Shown: positions 62,197 to 64,000 of the stretch, one piece after another
Numbering within the stretch: the stretch's first letter is position 1
Layout of the letters: each line of letters begins with the position of its first letter
Assembly: GCA_012295275.1 (NCBI GenBank)
Contig: CM022665.1
Span: forward strand, 37,200,001 to 37,264,000
From: Chrysomallon squamiferum
Lineage: Eukaryota; Animalia; Mollusca
Reading direction: 5' to 3'
DNA length: 64,000 bases
The notes under the pieces: generated by a model
What the model saw: only the letters and a program-made list of their open reading frames with translations
What the model was told of the DNA's origin: nothing
The model's database searches: none
Translations under genes and position numbers: made by a program

Positions 62197-64000
62197 GTAA
62201 CATTTTATCAATTGAAATCATGCTCCACTGGTTCGTGATAAAGAACATGTTTTGTCTTTAATGTGATGAACAAGTGACAAATTGTTTGAGGTGATTATCG
62301 GATGCTGTCTGAAAATCAATGAAATGCATCACATACAACATGCATGGACATGCTTTGCTGAGGAGGAGATAGCCTCCAATGCAATGGTTAATTTTGTAAG
62401 AGGGCATTTAGCATCACTGGCTCAGATGTGTGTTTTCATTATTAATGAGTGATTACTCGTTCTTGTTTGGTAAATACCATGTCATCAATCAAACCAAGGA
62501 GTGTGCTTTCAACTGCACCAGAACTGTAATGGTGTAAGGATAGCATTTGTGTTACTATGCATGAATATTTATGCTAATTTCAACTTCTGAATTAATTATT
62601 AATACATCATATTTTTCACTGTCTTTGTTGTAAAAATGAAAAAGAATAGCTACTGTTGTAAAAATGAAAACAAAATAGCTACTATTACTGCTGCTACTAC
62701 TAAACAGTTTAAATAAAAATAAAGTAATAAATAACAAGTATATCATTACCATTCAAAGGTTAACCATGTGTCAGCATATTTTAACACCTTTGACACAATC
62801 TTGTTTACTTTATTTTACATACCTTTACATCAAATAATATTTCATTTAGGGTTTAAAAAAAAAAAGAAGTAATTCATGTCTGATAATATTTAAAGCTAAA
62901 TTGTGAAATCTCATCATTATAGTGTGTGTGTGTGTGTGTGTGATATATGCAAGCTCATACAAAATGTAGCTGCAGATTTAAAGGATTACCTAAGTACATA
63001 AATACTTAGATAATGTATGCATACTTTAAAAGAAAAAAAATCGGTCATTATTTTATGTCACGTTCTTCACAACAAACTATTAAAATAAATAAACTAAAAC
63101 AAAATTGCACTCATTTATTTTTGAATTTAAAAAAAATAGCAGTAGATGGAAGCTCATTACTTAAAAAAAATATATATATTATTTGTGAACTGTGAGAAAA
63201 ATGTGTTGATAATCAGGAAGAAGAAGAAAAAATCTTTTAGATAACTAATTGGTATGATTTAGCATGATGGTGTTGATTTAGTCAAGACAGAAAAAGAATT
63301 TGTTGTAATGTGCTGTAATGTGGCAGGTGATTCATGTGAAAATGCCCAGTCAGATATAATTTGTAATTTCCTGTAACGATCCAGAGCATTTCAGAAATTA
63401 TATCCTGTACGAAAAGCATTATCAGGATTCCATCCATGTCTTATTCAAAACTTTGGGCAAAAAGCAGTGATCATTCCCAAGATAGCCATGCTTGATCAGT
63501 TCCTGAAGAAAATATGCTAACAGTACCCTTTTCTGCTTTGGAAAAGCAATTTGTTAAATATTTGCATGTCTTTTCTTCATCTTTTTTTAAAAAGAAATAT
63601 GTGATAAAAACCAGAGGAGATATAATTTGATCCTAAAGAAAAAAAAACAAAAAATAATAAAATTAAAAATTAAATGTTTTGTTAAATAAATAAAAAAATG
63701 TTGAGAAAAAAAATAAAGAAAGAATAATGAAAAAAGTAATATGCCACCCTGAACTGTGGAGTTCAAATTAAAGTGATGTAAGTGCACTTTCATGATATAT
63801 TTAAATCTTTGGCATTTTTATTTTCATTCATTTACATTTCCAATGTACTGTCTGATGATTTAAAGCTTAAGTTCAACTAGAACACAAATAAAATGTGAAT
63901 AATTAAAGCCAAAGTCTAAATTTAGGAATAAAACTTTTGCCACACCACATCCCCCAAAAAAAAATTTTTTTTTAAATTTAAAAAAATAAATAGAAAAAAC

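Noticed and set aside
62263-62361. C/D box snoRNA (GTGATGA..CTGA..CTGA); similar weak candidates near 44575-44621 and 47960-48010 on the - strand
   Set aside because: No terminal stem and no convincing 10-nt or longer rRNA complement that I could identify; the boxes are expected by chance.
59780-64000. PACS exon 3 (expected to resemble GSKRILRS)
   Set aside because: No matching frame found. The open stretch near 63376-63520 is not PACS-like, so the next exon probably lies beyond the window.

Overview
AT-rich, intron-rich animal genomic DNA, with no prokaryotic features. From gene content and SINE-like repeats I infer a bilaterian invertebrate, probably a mollusc. Reading splice sites by hand gives four protein-coding genes. 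(1) CRIM1, + strand, 3' part only: 11 exons at 8748-28351 encoding 6 VWC and 4 antistasin modules, a TM helix and a cytoplasmic tail; the 5' exons lie upstream of the window. (2) A complete 5-exon SLC46-family (PCFT/SLC46A3-like) MFS transporter, + strand, 33557-36319, 501 aa. (3) A complete 24-exon TTC27, - strand, 48897-36958, 834 aa. (4) The first two coding exons of PACS (PACS1/2 orthologue), + strand, from 51198, head-to-head with TTC27. The rest is intron or intergenic DNA with microsatellites, minisatellites, decayed SINE-like copies and two Tc1/mariner-type terminal repeats. Most ORFs in the supplied track are noise. I see no evidence of a wholly new biological system. The best leads are: an intact SLC46 that has lost two residues essential in human PCFT (motif-A Asp and the proton-coupling Glu); a 55-bp tandem duplication that copies a TTC27 splice donor behind a stop codon; a cluster of trafficking motifs in the CRIM1 tail; and probable ancient CRIM1-TTC27-PACS linkage. 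All comparisons to human proteins are from recalled sequences and need real alignments.
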